Source: Gammaproteobacteria bacterium
GTDB taxonomy: Bacteria > Pseudomonadota > Gammaproteobacteria > Steroidobacterales > Steroidobacteraceae
Assembly: GCA_027324195.1 (NCBI GenBank)
Contig: DAHVTM010000013.1
Coordinates: forward strand, 6,950-70,949
Direction: 5' to 3'
Length of the DNA: 64,000 nt
Shown here: positions 15,947 through 25,546 of the stretch, piece after piece
How the letters are laid out: each line of letters starts with the position of its first letter
Position numbering within the stretch: position 1 is the first letter of the stretch
Translations under genes and position numbers: made by a program
Notes under the pieces: model-generated
Database searches by the model: none
The model's input: only the letters and a program-made list of their open reading frames with translations
What the model was told of the DNA's origin: nothing

Positions 15947-15970
15947 GTTTCGCCGAATATTCGGCGAAAC
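15947..15970. repeat. Perfect 24-bp palindrome GTTTCGCCGAA-TA-TTCGGCGAAAC (copy 3)
   Basis: Read directly. It lies in the divergent intergenic region between the membrane-protein gene (-) and the excisionase-like gene (+). Confidence 0.9.
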
Positions 15971-16146
15971 CAGCTCTCCCGCGCCTTGCGTTTCCATGTA
16001 ACGATCGCGCCTGGGTGACAACGCATCTCTAAACGGCGACAACCACAGGCTGTCAGTCACTCGTGCCACCCACGGATTCGCTCACCAGATCGCCCGCAGG
16101 CAGGCAATCGTCGCTCCATACAGCACGGGACTGCCCGGATGCCTGT

Positions 16147-16500
16147 ATGGCAGCGGTGTCGCCCTGCGTTGCAATTCCCCGCTTCATCCGGCTTCGCGAC
16201 GCGCCAGCGTATCTCGGGATGGACAAGAACCGCTTCAATCGCGATGTCCGTGTCCGTCTGGTCGCCATCCCGATCGGCACGCAGGGCATTGCCTTCGATC
16301 GCCTTGACCTCGATGCATGGGCCGACGACCATAAGCGGCGCAACGGGCGTCCCGCGGCTCAATCCGAAAGGAGGACGTCATGGGACTGCAAAAGCCGCCC
16401 GGCCTCACCCTGCGAGGCGAGGTCTGGCACATCGACAAAGACATCTACGGAACTCGCATTTGCGAAAGCACTGGCACAGGCGATCTCAGGGAGGCGGTAG
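16147..16500 (+). CDS. Excisionase-like / AlpA-type small DNA-binding protein
   Basis: From ATG 16147: ...RFIRLRDAPAYLGMDKNRFNRDVRVRLVAIPIGTQGIAFDRLDLDAWADDHKRRNGRP. This type of ORF commonly precedes this integrase family. The 3' end overlaps the int start, so its end is uncertain. Confidence 0.5.
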   Translation: MAAVSPCVAIPRFIRLRDAPAYLGMDKNRFNRDVRVRLVAIPIGTQGIAFDRLDLDAWADDHKRRNGRPAAQSERRTSWDCKSRPASPCEARSGTSTKTSTELAFAKALAQAISGRR

Positions 16501-17594
16501 CGATTCTGTCGCGACGGCTCGAGGAGGTTCGGGCCAGCAGGTTCTTCGGAGTTCGCAAGACAAGGACGTTCCGGGAAGCGGCGACCCGGTATCTGGAGGA
16601 ACACCCGCACAAACGAAGTCTCTAGCGGGATGCCCGGTCACTGGCCGCGTTCGATCCGTACATCGGCGCGATGACGCTCCAGCAGGTGCACTTCGGCAGC
16701 CTGCAGACATACATCCGAGACAAGTTGAAGGCGGGGAAGAGTCCAGGAACGGTCAACCGCGACCTCGCAGTCGTGCGGCGGATCCTGAACTTGTGTGCGC
16801 GCTTGTGGCGAGATGAGGAGGACCGGCCCTGGTTGGACACGGCGCCCTTGATACAGATGCAACGCCATCCGGACAAACGCACGCCTTATCCTCTTTCGAT
16901 GGAGGAGCAGCGGCTATTGTTCTCGGAGTTGACGGCGCATCTGTCCCGAATGGCGCTATTCAAGGTCAATACCGGCACGCGGGAGCACGAAGTCTGTGGG
17001 TTGCGATGGAGCTGGGAGGTCCGGGTTCCGGAACTCGACACGTCCGTCTTCATCATCCCGCGGGATCACGTGAAGAACGGACTCGAGCGGTTCGTGGTCT
17101 TGAACCGCATCGCCCAATCGGTGATCGAGGGCTGTCGCGGCGAGCACGAGGAATTCGTGTTCACGACGAAGGAGCGCGACGGCTCGCGGCATCCACAGTG
17201 CCGGATGAACAACTCAGGCTGGAAGGCGGCACGTAGGCGCGCGGCGGTGCGATACCCCCGTGAGTTGGGGTTACCGTGTCCGGCTGGATTTCGGTCCATC
17301 CGGGTGCATGACCTCAAGCACACGTTCGGGTATCGGCTGCGAGCGGCCGGCGTGGCGTTCGAGGATCGTCAGAGTTTGCTCGGCCACAAGGCGGCGCACA
17401 TCACGACCCACTACTCCGCAGCGGACATCAGCAACCTGATTTCCTGCGCAGAGCGCGTCTGTGATCTCGCCTCCCGCAAATCTCCCGCACTGTCGATCGT
17501 GCGATCCGCGGGGCGATTGCAAGTGGCTGAAAATGCTGGTGGAAAGGGAGGGACTCGAACCCTCGACCCCGGCATTATGAGTGCCGTGCTCTAA
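16380..17594 (+). pseudogene. int: Tyrosine recombinase/integrase interrupted by an in-frame TAG (16623-16625)
   Basis: ORFs 16380..16625 and 16671..17594 are in the same frame and read ...EEHPHKRSL*RDARSLAAFDPYIGAMTLQQVH.... The catalytic region has NTGTREHEV (R), HDLKHTFGYRLRAAGV (H-x-x-R) and LLGHK..HITTHY (H, Y). The 3' end runs 58 nt into tRNA-Met. Confidence 0.7.
17473..17489 (+). repeat. CCCGCAAATCTCCCGCA motif, candidate arm-type site (attR arm, inside int 3' end)
   Basis: See 688-704. Confidence 0.35.
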
Positions 17595-17613
17595 CCAGCT
17601 GAGCTACCTTTCC
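17537..17613 (-). tRNA. tRNA-Met (anticodon CAT), elongator-like
   Basis: Minus strand: GGAAAGG-TA-GCTC-AGCTGGTTA-GAGC-A-CGGCA-CTCATAA-TGCCG-GGGTC-GAGGG-TTCGAGT-CCCTC-CCTTTCC-A-CCA, a 77-nt clean cloverleaf. It lacks initiator features (no C1:A72 mismatch, no GGG/CCC anticodon stem). I cannot exclude Ile2 (lysidine). Confidence 0.9.
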
Positions 17614-17704
17614 ACGGGTCCCATGACGTCGCCCCGGGTGCCGCTGCGACCGTCCTGCTGAAGGGGGGCGCATTGTCGGCGGGGGATGGCGGCAGTGTCA
17701 ACCG

Positions 17705-18799
17705 CTAGACATTGAAGCGGAAGTGGACCACGTCCCCTTCATGCATCACGTAATCCTTGCCTTCCAAGCGCAATTTGCCTGCTTCACGGGCTCCGGCCTC
17801 TCCCCGGCAAGCAATGAAATCAGCATATCCGATGACCTCAGCTCGTATAAATCCGCGCTCGAAATCCGTGTGGATGACTCCCGCGGCCTGCGGTGCGGTT
17901 GCCCCGACCGATACCGTCCAGGCCCGGACCTCTTTCTCGCCCGCCGTAAAGTAGGTCTGTAGTCCGAGCAATCGGTAGCCAGCGCGAATCACCCGATCGA
18001 GTCCCGGCTCCTGAAGGCCAAGTTCCGCCAGAAAGCCGGCCCGGTCGGCCGCATCCAGCTGCGCGATCTCCGCTTCGATGGCCGCGCAGACCGCCACCGT
18101 AACCGCCCCTTCAGCCTCCGCGCGCTGCTCCACCGCCGTGAGCAAACGGTTGTGTGCGAAGCCCCCTTCAGCTACGTTCGCGACGTACATCACGGGCTTC
18201 GCCGTCAGCAACTGCAGTTCGCGCAGATCGCGCGCCTCCTCAGGGGAGAGGGGCATCGCCCGTACCGGCTTAACCTGATCGAGGTGCGCCTTCACCCGCT
18301 CGAGCAGCGCCTTCTTGCGTAGCGCTTCCTTGTCGCCGCTCTTGGCCGCTTTTGCAGCCCGATCCAGGCCCTTGTCCACCGTCGCGAGATCTGCAAGCGC
18401 CAGCTCGGTATCAATCACCTCGATGTCGCTCAGGGGATCGACCTTGCCGGCAACGTGCACGATGTCCGAACTCTCAAAGCACCGAACCACGTGTGCAATC
18501 GCATCGACTTCGCGAATGTGCGAGAGAAACTGATTTCCGAGCCCCTCGCCCTTGGAGGCGCCAGCCACGAGCCCCGCAATATCCACGAATTCGACGGTGG
18601 CCGGTACGATACGCTCGGGATGGACGATTTCCGACAATGCAGCGAGGCGCACATCCGGCACCGGCACCATGCCCACATTCGGATCAATAGTGCAGAACGG
18701 ATAATTGGCCGCCGCAGCGTTCTGCGCCTGGGTAAGCGCATTGAACAGCGTCGACTTGCCAACATTCGGCAATCCCACGATGCCGCAGCGGATAGCCAT
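17705..18799 (-). CDS. ychF: Redox-regulated ribosome-binding ATPase YchF
   Basis: 364 aa; P-loop [18 protein letters not shown]; conserved ychF-pth-rplY-prs neighbourhood. Confidence 0.95.
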   Translation of the reverse strand: MAIRCGIVGLPNVGKSTLFNALTQAQNAAAANYPFCTIDPNVGMVPVPDVRLAALSEIVHPERIVPATVEFVDIAGLVAGASKGEGLGNQFLSHIREVDAIAHVVRCFESSDIVHVAGKVDPLSDIEVIDTELALADLATVDKGLDRAAKAAKSGDKEALRKKALLERVKAHLDQVKPVRAMPLSPEEARDLRELQLLTAKPVMYVANVAEGGFAHNRLLTAVEQRAEAEGAVTVAVCAAIEAEIAQLDAADRAGFLAELGLQEPGLDRVIRAGYRLLGLQTYFTAGEKEVRAWTVSVGATAPQAAGVIHTDFERGFIRAEVIGYADFIACRGEAGAREAGKLRLEGKDYVMHEGDVVHFRFNV

Positions 18800-18825
18800 G
18801 TCTCAAACTCCTGAGGTATCGTGGA

Positions 18826-19434
18826 TCAAGCAGGCCGGCCGGCCGATGCCGGAGCGGTCCGTGAATGCAGCTGATTCATCGCCTTCTGTGCGCCCTCGGT
18901 CAGCATCACCGGCAACACATCGGCGGCCGCGCTGAGCGCATCCTCGATCAGACCTGACTCGGCTGCCATCGGCCGGCCGAGCACGTAATTCAACACGGCG
19001 TCGCGCTCACCCGGGTGCCCAATCCCGATGCGCAGGCGCCAGAATGACTCGCCGATCTTGGCCATGATGTCGCGCAGGCCATTGTGGCCCCCGGCCCCGC
19101 CGCCGTGCTTCAGACGGACCAGACCTGGCGGGAAATCGAGTTCATCGTGCGCCACCAACACCGCTTCGGCCGAGATCTTGTAGAACGATGCCAAGCTCTG
19201 CACCGCGGTGCCGCTCAGGTTCATGTAGGTCATGGGCTTGAGCAACCACAGTTCCTGCTCGGCGATGCGCGCGCGCGCCAGTTCGCCCTGGTGGCGGGAT
19301 TCCGCGCGCAGGCTCGCGCCAGCCCGACGGGCCAGTTCGTCGATGAACCCAAAGCCGGCGTTGTGCCGGGTGCGGGCATAGGTGGGGCCCGGATTACCGA
19401 GCCCCACCACGAGCCTGATCGGCGTTCCCGACAT
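18826..19434 (-). CDS. pth: Peptidyl-tRNA hydrolase
   Basis: 202 aa; LVVGLGNPGPTYARTRHNAGF. Confidence 0.95.
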   Translation of the reverse strand: MSGTPIRLVVGLGNPGPTYARTRHNAGFGFIDELARRAGASLRAESRHQGELARARIAEQELWLLKPMTYMNLSGTAVQSLASFYKISAEAVLVAHDELDFPPGLVRLKHGGGAGGHNGLRDIMAKIGESFWRLRIGIGHPGERDAVLNYVLGRPMAAESGLIEDALSAAADVLPVMLTEGAQKAMNQLHSRTAPASAGRPA

Positions 19435-19443
19435 CGCGGGCGG

Positions 19444-20154
19444 TTACTTCTTGCCGCCTTCCTTTTTCGCTTCGCCCTTGCCAGCTTCCGCTGCGGCAGG
19501 AGCCGCACCGGCGGCACCCGCTGGCGCAGCACCCTCGGCCGGTGTCGCAGCCGCGGCCTCGGCCGTCGGCTCGGGCTCGGCAACGCGTGGGCTGTGGATC
19601 GAGACGACCGGCGCATTGCGATGTGCCAGATGCGGGATGGTCACACCGGAGGGCAGGGGAATGTCCGCCAGGAACTTCGTCTCGTTGATGTTCATCTCCG
19701 AGAGGTCGAGTTCCAGGAACTCCGGCAGATCCTTCGGCAGGCAGGTGATTTCCACGTCGGCCATCATGTGGGATACCACCCCGCCTTGAGTCTTCACGCC
19801 GGGACTCGCGGCCTCGCCCTTGAAGTGGATCGGCAAGTGCAGCCGGATCGGCTCATTTTCCACCACACGCTGCAGATCGAGATGCACCACTTGGTTCTTG
19901 GCCGGATGCATCTGCACGTCCTTGACGATCGCCGGTTGCGCGCGATCACCGATCTGCAGCTGCACAATCGAGGAATAGAACCGCTCGTCTTCGATCACGA
20001 GAAGCAGTTTGTGATGCTCGACTGCAAGCGATTCGGCCTCGTTATGACCGCCGTACAAAATGGCGGGAACCTTGCCAGTGCGACGCAGGCGGCGGCTCGC
20101 ACCTTTGCCTTGCATCTCACGCGGCTCCGCGCTGAAGTTGAATCCAATACGCAT
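19444..20154 (-). CDS. rplY: 50S ribosomal protein L25/general stress protein Ctc
   Basis: Start set at ATG 20154 (MRIGFNFSAEPREMQGKGASRRLRRTGKVPAILYGG). It has an Ala/Pro/Lys-rich C-terminal tail. The track ORF is over-extended to 20349. Confidence 0.9.
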   Translation of the reverse strand: MRIGFNFSAEPREMQGKGASRRLRRTGKVPAILYGGHNEAESLAVEHHKLLLVIEDERFYSSIVQLQIGDRAQPAIVKDVQMHPAKNQVVHLDLQRVVENEPIRLHLPIHFKGEAASPGVKTQGGVVSHMMADVEITCLPKDLPEFLELDLSEMNINETKFLADIPLPSGVTIPHLAHRNAPVVSIHSPRVAEPEPTAEAAAATPAEGAAPAGAAGAAPAAAEAGKGEAKKEGGKK

Positions 20155-20249
20155 GATACTCTCCAAGCTACGATGACAACGCGCCCTGACCCGCGACCAG
20201 GCCAAGACGCACCGGAAAAAAGCAGCACGTCGCCCGCACGGGCGACGCG

Positions 20250-21206
20250 TCAATCCACATACAGCGAGCTGACCGACTCCTCGTCGCGAATGCGGCGGAT
20301 CGTCTCGGCGAGCAGCGCAGCAACCGACAGCTGACGGATGCGCTTGCATGCACGTGCAGCGTCCGACAATGGAATGGTGTCTGTGACGACCAACTCATCA
20401 AGTACCGAGGTCGAGATGCGATTCACCGCCTCACCCGAAAGCACGGCGTGGGTGATGTAGGCCACCACTTTGACCGCACCCTCCTCCTTCAGTGCCTTGG
20501 CGGCCTGACAAAGGGTGCCAGCCGTGTCGATCATGTCGTCGACCAGCACGCACACCTTGCCGCGGATGTCGCCGATGATGTTCATTACCTTCGACTCGTT
20601 CGGGCGAGGCCGGCGCTTGTCGATGATGGCGAGGTCCGCATCGTCGAGACGTTTGGCGAACGCGCGCGCGCGCACGACGCCACCGACGTCAGGAGATACG
20701 ATCACCGCGTTATGGTAGGCCTGCTTCCAGGCGTCACCCAGCAAAACCGGCGAGGCGTACACGTTGTCGACCGGGATGTCAAAGAATCCCTGAATCTGAT
20801 CCGCGTGCAGATCGATCGTCAGCAGCCGGTTGACCCCCGCGATCGACAACATGTTGGCGACCAGCCGGGCGGTGATCGCCGAACGGGTGGCGCGTGGCCG
20901 TCGGTCCTGACGCGCATAGCCGAAATACGGCACCACCGCAGTGATGCGAGCCGCCGAGGCGCGCCGGCAGGCGTCTACCATCACCAACAGCTCCATGAGC
21001 ATGTCGTTGGTCGGCGGACAGGTCGGCTGCAGGATGAACACGTCGCGGCCGCGCACATTCTCCATCAGCTCGACGTTGATTTCCCCGTCGCTGAATCGGC
21101 CGACATAGGCTCGCCCAAGCCGCGTCTGCAAATGGCGCGCGATGTCGGTCGCGAGCCCCGGATTGGCATTGCCGGCAAACAGAGCCAGCACATCGCTCGT
21201 GCTCAT
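20250..21206 (-). CDS. prs: Ribose-phosphate pyrophosphokinase
   Basis: 318 aa; [17 protein letters not shown] and [13 protein letters not shown]. Confidence 0.95.
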   Translation of the reverse strand: MSTSDVLALFAGNANPGLATDIARHLQTRLGRAYVGRFSDGEINVELMENVRGRDVFILQPTCPPTNDMLMELLVMVDACRRASAARITAVVPYFGYARQDRRPRATRSAITARLVANMLSIAGVNRLLTIDLHADQIQGFFDIPVDNVYASPVLLGDAWKQAYHNAVIVSPDVGGVVRARAFAKRLDDADLAIIDKRRPRPNESKVMNIIGDIRGKVCVLVDDMIDTAGTLCQAAKALKEEGAVKVVAYITHAVLSGEAVNRISTSVLDELVVTDTIPLSDAARACKRIRQLSVAALLAETIRRIRDEESVSSLYVD

Positions 21207-21265
21207 GAATACGCTACATTAGATACAAGTCACAGCGCCGCGGCTCACTGCCGTCCACAAGGATC

Positions 21266-21340
21266 TGGCTGGGGTGGAAGGATTCGAACCTCCGAATGGC
21301 GGGATCAAAACCCGCTGCCTTACCACTTGGCGACACCCCA
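21266..21340 (-). tRNA. tRNA-Gln (anticodon TTG)
   Basis: Minus strand: TGGGGTGTCGCCAAGTGGTAAGGCAGCGGGTTTTGATCCCGCCATTCGGAGGTTCGAATCCTTCCACCCCAGCCA, 75 nt, close to the E. coli tRNA-Gln layout. Confidence 0.9.
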
Positions 21341-21460
21341 GCAAAACAAACACCATCTCACCGCTCGCGCGCACCATTGAGTGCGTGCTGCGCCCTCCGT
21401 GCGGCTGACCAGACTGCGATCCGGCCATCCCGCCGCGTATGCCGGCGCCGTCGCGCCACC

Positions 21461-22309
21461 TCAATTTTGCGCGAGCAGCGCATGCAGCGGGGAGACGTTC
21501 ACTCCCCGAGCGACGAGACTGCGCCACCTCGACGGAACGCGCGCCGCAATCTGCTCGGCCTCACCACGGCTCGCCACAGAAGCGAACAGACACGAGCCGG
21601 TCCCGGTCAGGCGAGCCGGCGCATAGTGCGCCAGCCAGTCGAGCGCCTCGGCCACTTCCGGCCATCTGGCGCGCACCACTGGCTCACAGTCATTGCGTCC
21701 ACCCGACTCGAAAAAGGCGCGTATTGTGATGACGGGGGAATTTCGTGTCAATTCAGGGCTCTGGAACACGTCCCGAGTCGGCACGCTGACGCCCGGCCGC
21801 AGCACGACGAACCAGCGCTCCGGCAACGTGACCGGCTCCAGCCGTTCGCCCACGCCCTCCGCCCATGCCGTAAAACCTCTAACGAATACAGGCACATCCG
21901 CGCCGAGCGGCAACCCGAGCTCGGCGAGTGCATCGAGTGGCAGCCCGCAACCCCACAGGCGGTTGAGCGCAAGCAGGGTCGTGGCCGCGTCGGTGCTTCC
22001 TCCGCCCAGGCCCCCGCCGATGGGGATACGCTTGACGACCCGGATCGAGGCCCCAAGCCGCACCCCGGTAGCCGACTGCAGCGCCCGCGCGGCGCGTACC
22101 GTCAGGTCCTGCTCGGCGGGCACCTCGGGCGGACCGGCCGGTCGATCGATCTGCCCATCCGCGCGCACCGCGATCGCCACCGTATCGCACAAGTCGATGA
22201 TTTGGAACAGCGTTTGCAGCTCGTGGTAGCCATCGGCCCGCCGGCCGGTCACGTGCAGGAACAGATTGAGCTTCGCGGGGGCCGGCCAGAGGCTCTCTGG
22301 CGAACTCAT
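21461..22309 (-). CDS. ispE: 4-diphosphocytidyl-2-C-methyl-D-erythritol kinase
   Basis: PAPAKLNLFLHVTGRRADGYHEL and GHMP motif PIGGGLGGGSTDAA. The start is placed at ATG 22309, which forms ATGA with the lolB stop (alternative ATG 22321). Confidence 0.9.
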   Translation of the reverse strand: MSSPESLWPAPAKLNLFLHVTGRRADGYHELQTLFQIIDLCDTVAIAVRADGQIDRPAGPPEVPAEQDLTVRAARALQSATGVRLGASIRVVKRIPIGGGLGGGSTDAATTLLALNRLWGCGLPLDALAELGLPLGADVPVFVRGFTAWAEGVGERLEPVTLPERWFVVLRPGVSVPTRDVFQSPELTRNSPVITIRAFFESGGRNDCEPVVRARWPEVAEALDWLAHYAPARLTGTGSCLFASVASRGEAEQIAARVPSRWRSLVARGVNVSPLHALLAQN

Positions 22310-22938
22310 TGCAGATGCCATGCGTCCACCACCATGCGCAGTCGCACTGCCGCCCGCTTCACGGTGAGCAGCCTCGGCAGCCACTCGGCCCCGACCGGAG
22401 TGTAGGCGCGATACTCAATCGACCACCCCGCCTGCTTGAGCCGCGAGAGACGCTGGCTCGCATCGACCGTGAGGCTCGCCGGCAGTGACGGATCAGGCAC
22501 TCCAAGGATCCAGTAGCGCAGGCTCGCGAGTGGCGGATCGAACCCGAGCTGTCGCTCGAGCACCGCACGCGCAGCGGTATTGCCAAGGTGCTGACCTCTT
22601 GCGGTGAGAACGCTGAGGGCTCCGCCCGCGTCGCTCACCTCGGTCGCACCCGCGCCGAACGGCCCGCTCAGCACCATCCGGGTTCGCGTGCCGCGCTGCG
22701 CCCAGCGCAGGTCGGCATTGAATCCCTGCTGACCGACTGCAACGGCTACCCGGCCGCTCAGCTGAAATCGCTGCAGTGCCTGCAGCAGCGGGCGCCTGAC
22801 GCTCCATGCGGTGATCGGCGCCGGCGGCACCGGAACGCTCTGGCAGGCGCTGAGCGCAAGGGCGGTGAGGACAGCGAGCGCGCCAGGCGCAGCGATATGG
22901 CGTACGGCTCGCGCCCTGGAGGCGGCATGGGTCGGCAT
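22306..22938 (-). CDS. lolB: Outer-membrane lipoprotein LolB
   Basis: 210 aa from ATG 22938. Lipobox LTALALSAC. The upstream 233 codons of track ORF 22306..23637 are antisense to prfA and are an artefact. Confidence 0.8.
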   Translation of the reverse strand: MPTHAASRARAVRHIAAPGALAVLTALALSACQSVPVPPAPITAWSVRRPLLQALQRFQLSGRVAVAVGQQGFNADLRWAQRGTRTRMVLSGPFGAGATEVSDAGGALSVLTARGQHLGNTAARAVLERQLGFDPPLASLRYWILGVPDPSLPASLTVDASQRLSRLKQAGWSIEYRAYTPVGAEWLPRLLTVKRAAVRLRMVVDAWHLQ

Positions 22939-23040
22939 GGGCGGCACTATATCGCAGCTCGGCCTGCCGACTGCGTCGAGGGCGCCTTGTCGGGCAGGCG
23001 GCGATCCCGGAGAATGCCGCGCCCCGACAGATCCTGAACC

Positions 23041-24123
23041 ATGAAGGACTCCATCCGCCAACGGCTTGAGAAGCTTCACGACCGCTTCGAGGAAGTCGGA
23101 CGGCTGCTCGCCTCCCCCGACCTCGACGGCGGCTCGGTGCAATTCCGGGAGCTGTCGGTCGAATATGCCCGACTGCAGCCGCTGGCGCAGCAGCTGGATG
23201 CCTACCGCGCGCTCGAGCACGACCTGGCGGCTGCGCGCGAGATGCTCGCGGATGCCGAGGCGGACATGCGTGCCCTCGGCGCGGAGGAGCAGAGCCGCCT
23301 GAGCGCGGCACTGACGGCAAGCGAAGCGGGCCTGAACGCACTGCTGCTGCCGGAAGATCCGCGCGACGAGAAGAACATCTTCCTCGAGATCCGCGCCGGC
23401 ACCGGTGGCGACGAGGCGGCGCTGTTCGCCGGAGACTTGTTCCGGATGTACGCGCGCTATGCAGAGGCCAAGGGCTTTGCGGTCGAGGTGCTCAGCGACA
23501 ATCCGGGCGAGCACGGGGGCTACAAGGAGATCATCAGTCGCATCGTCGGGCGCGGCGCCTTCTCGCGCCTGAAGTTCGAGTCTGGCACGCACCGGGTGCA
23601 ACGCGTACCGGCCACCGAGGCGCAGGGACGCATTCACACCTCGGCCTGCACGGTGGCCATTCTGCCCGAGCTCGACGCCATCTCGAGCATTGAGATCAAT
23701 CCGGCGGACCTGCGCATCGACACCTACCGCTCCTCAGGTGCCGGCGGCCAGCACGTGAACAAGACCGACTCGGCGGTACGCATTACGCATCTGCCGAGCG
23801 GAATCGTGGTGGAGTGCCAGGATGAGCGCTCGCAGCACAAGAACCGCTCACGCGCGCTCGCCCTGCTGCAGGCGCGACTGCTCGCCGCGGAACAGGAAAA
23901 GCAGGCGAGCGCCCAAGCACAATCCCGCCGCCTGCAGGTCGGCAGCGGCGATCGCTCCGAGCGGATCCGCACGTACAACTTTCCGCAAGGCCGGGTCACC
24001 GATCACCGCATCAATCTCACGCTGTACAAGCTGGCACAGATCATGAACGGCGAACTCGACGAACTGCTCGATGCACTCGCGCACGAGCACCAGGCCGAAC
24101 TGCTCGCCGAAATCGAGGCCTGA
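23041..24123 (+). CDS. prfA: Peptide chain release factor 1
   Basis: 360 aa; GGQ loop [24 protein letters not shown]; PxT-type RVPATE. Confidence 0.95.
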   Translation: MKDSIRQRLEKLHDRFEEVGRLLASPDLDGGSVQFRELSVEYARLQPLAQQLDAYRALEHDLAAAREMLADAEADMRALGAEEQSRLSAALTASEAGLNALLLPEDPRDEKNIFLEIRAGTGGDEAALFAGDLFRMYARYAEAKGFAVEVLSDNPGEHGGYKEIISRIVGRGAFSRLKFESGTHRVQRVPATEAQGRIHTSACTVAILPELDAISSIEINPADLRIDTYRSSGAGGQHVNKTDSAVRITHLPSGIVVECQDERSQHKNRSRALALLQARLLAAEQEKQASAQAQSRRLQVGSGDRSERIRTYNFPQGRVTDHRINLTLYKLAQIMNGELDELLDALAHEHQAELLAEIEA

Positions 24124-24132
24124 GCGGAGCAC

Positions 24133-24855
24133 TTAGCGCGGCGGGGTGCGCGCTTTCAGGTACGCCGGCCCGCCGAGGTCCTGCATCTGATGCAGCAGCC
24201 AACTCTGCCGCCAGCGCACGAACCGCGAGGGATCGGCCACGTGCCAGTGCACCGGATCGGGCAGCACCGCGGCGAGCAGCGCCGCCTGCGGGGCGCTCAG
24301 GCGCACCGCAGGCTCATGAAAATACCGCTCCGAGGCAGCTTGCACGCCGAAAATGCCGTGCCCGAACTGCGCGATGTTGAGGTAGACCTCGAGCACTCGC
24401 TGTTTCGGCCACAACACATCGATCAGCACCGTCAAATACGCTTCGATCCCCTTGCGGATCCAGCTCCGTCCGTCCCACAGAAACAAGTTCTTCGCCACCT
24501 GCTGCGTGATGGTGCTCGCCCCGCGCAGCCGCCCGCCGCGCTCGGCGGTGCGGATGGCCTGATCGATGGCGCGAAAATCAAAGCCGTGGTTGAACGGGAA
24601 GGTCTGATCCTCGGAGGCGACCGCGGCAAGACCCGCCAGCGGTGAGATCCGCCCATAGGCCACCCAGCGGTAGTCGGTCCGGTAGGCCCGCTGTCCGGCG
24701 TGCAGCGCGCGCCACTTCGCCTCGAGCATGAAGGCGCTGGTGAGCGGCGGCACCCAGCGCAACGCCAGCACCGGCAGCACGGTGAGCGCGAGCCAGGCCA
24801 GCGCCGCCCTGAGCAGCATCCGGCGCAACCAAGATCCCCACCGGCTCTTTGCCAT
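24133..24855 (-). CDS. mtgA: Monofunctional biosynthetic peptidoglycan transglycosylase
   Basis: 240 aa; GT51 motifs EDQTFPFNHGFD and ASTITQQVAKNLFL; N-terminal TM segment. Confidence 0.9.
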   Translation of the reverse strand: MAKSRWGSWLRRMLLRAALAWLALTVLPVLALRWVPPLTSAFMLEAKWRALHAGQRAYRTDYRWVAYGRISPLAGLAAVASEDQTFPFNHGFDFRAIDQAIRTAERGGRLRGASTITQQVAKNLFLWDGRSWIRKGIEAYLTVLIDVLWPKQRVLEVYLNIAQFGHGIFGVQAASERYFHEPAVRLSAPQAALLAAVLPDPVHWHVADPSRFVRWRQSWLLHQMQDLGGPAYLKARTPPR

Positions 24856-25048
24856 GGTCCGCTATCGATCAGTCCGGGGCGAGGCCGCAGCGCCGCGCGG
24901 TGAGCCGCCCTGGCGTGCGCGGGGCGGATCGGCCCGCGCACGCCCGACTGCGCGCAGCGCGGCTGCGCACCGGCTCGGCGCGTCTGCACGGCAAATTGCT
25001 CAAGCGCGTCTGACGATCACGGCGCGTGCAAGTACTTTGCCGCGCCGC

Positions 25049-25546
25049 TCACAGCCGCCGCGCCGAGACGATCACCACGTCCTCCAGGGGCGCATCCTGG
25101 TAGCCCTTACGTCGCCCGGTAGCGACCCCAGCAATGGCATCGATCGTCGGCATGCCTTCGCTCACCCGGCCGAATACTGCGTAGCCGAAGTCGCGCGCGC
25201 TGTGATCGAGGAAGGCATTATCGGCAAGGTTGACGAAGAACTGCGAGGTGGCGCTGTCGATGACGCTGGTGCGGGCCATCGACAATGTGCCGCGCAAGTT
25301 CTTCAGGCCATTCTTCGCCTCGTTGCGAATCGGCTCGCGCGTCTGCCGGTTGCGGAATTCCGCATCGAGCCCGCCGCCTTGAATCACGAACCCCGGCACG
25401 ATGCGATGGAAGATCGTGCCGTCGAAGAATTCCTCATCCACGTAGGTGAGAAAATTCTCCACGGTCAGCGGCGCCTCCTCAGGATAAAGCTCCACCGTGA
25501 AGCCGCCATGAGAGGTCTCGAATCGAATCAGCGATTTGTCGGCCAT
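25049..25546 (-). CDS. ppiB: Cyclophilin-type peptidyl-prolyl cis-trans isomerase
   Basis: 165 aa; FHRIVPGFVIQGGG and GTLSMAR. Confidence 0.9.
   Translation of the reverse strand: MADKSLIRFETSHGGFTVELYPEEAPLTVENFLTYVDEEFFDGTIFHRIVPGFVIQGGGLDAEFRNRQTREPIRNEAKNGLKNLRGTLSMARTSVIDSATSQFFVNLADNAFLDHSARDFGYAVFGRVSEGMPTIDAIAGVATGRRKGYQDAPLEDVVIVSARRL

Larger units (their letters stand above)
545..17613. mobile_element. Integrative mobilizable genomic island (defence island) in tRNA-Met
   Basis: Bounded by 45-bp direct repeats. Integrase and excisionase-like genes lie next to the intact tRNA. Relaxase and MobC are present without T4SS genes. The island is visibly lower in GC than the flanks and has TA/defence cargo. 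Confidence 0.8.

Noticed and set aside
19444-19600. Ala/Pro/Lys-rich tails of L25 (and the Pro/Ala-rich tail of MreC, 39290-39531) as unusual domains
   Set aside because: Low-complexity C-terminal extensions of these proteins are common in high-GC proteobacteria. Nothing points to a separate function.
19084-20334. 416-aa + strand ORF overlapping pth, rplY and prs
   Set aside because: It is antisense to three well-supported conserved genes. The translation is Arg/Gly/His-rich and low in complexity, as is typical of high-GC shadow ORFs. The same reasoning applies to 28404..31139, 58716..60359, 61422..63638, 33881..35509, 41735..42739, 43159..44208, 44358..45377, 51406..52818 and 53761..54999.
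22939-23637. N-terminal 233 codons of track ORF 22306..23637 (and similarly 49920..50915 of ORF 49242..50915)
   Set aside because: Only the C-terminal parts match LolB and MurU. The extensions lie antisense to prfA and in an alternative frame of the same strand within amgK respectively, and they have no family-like sequence.
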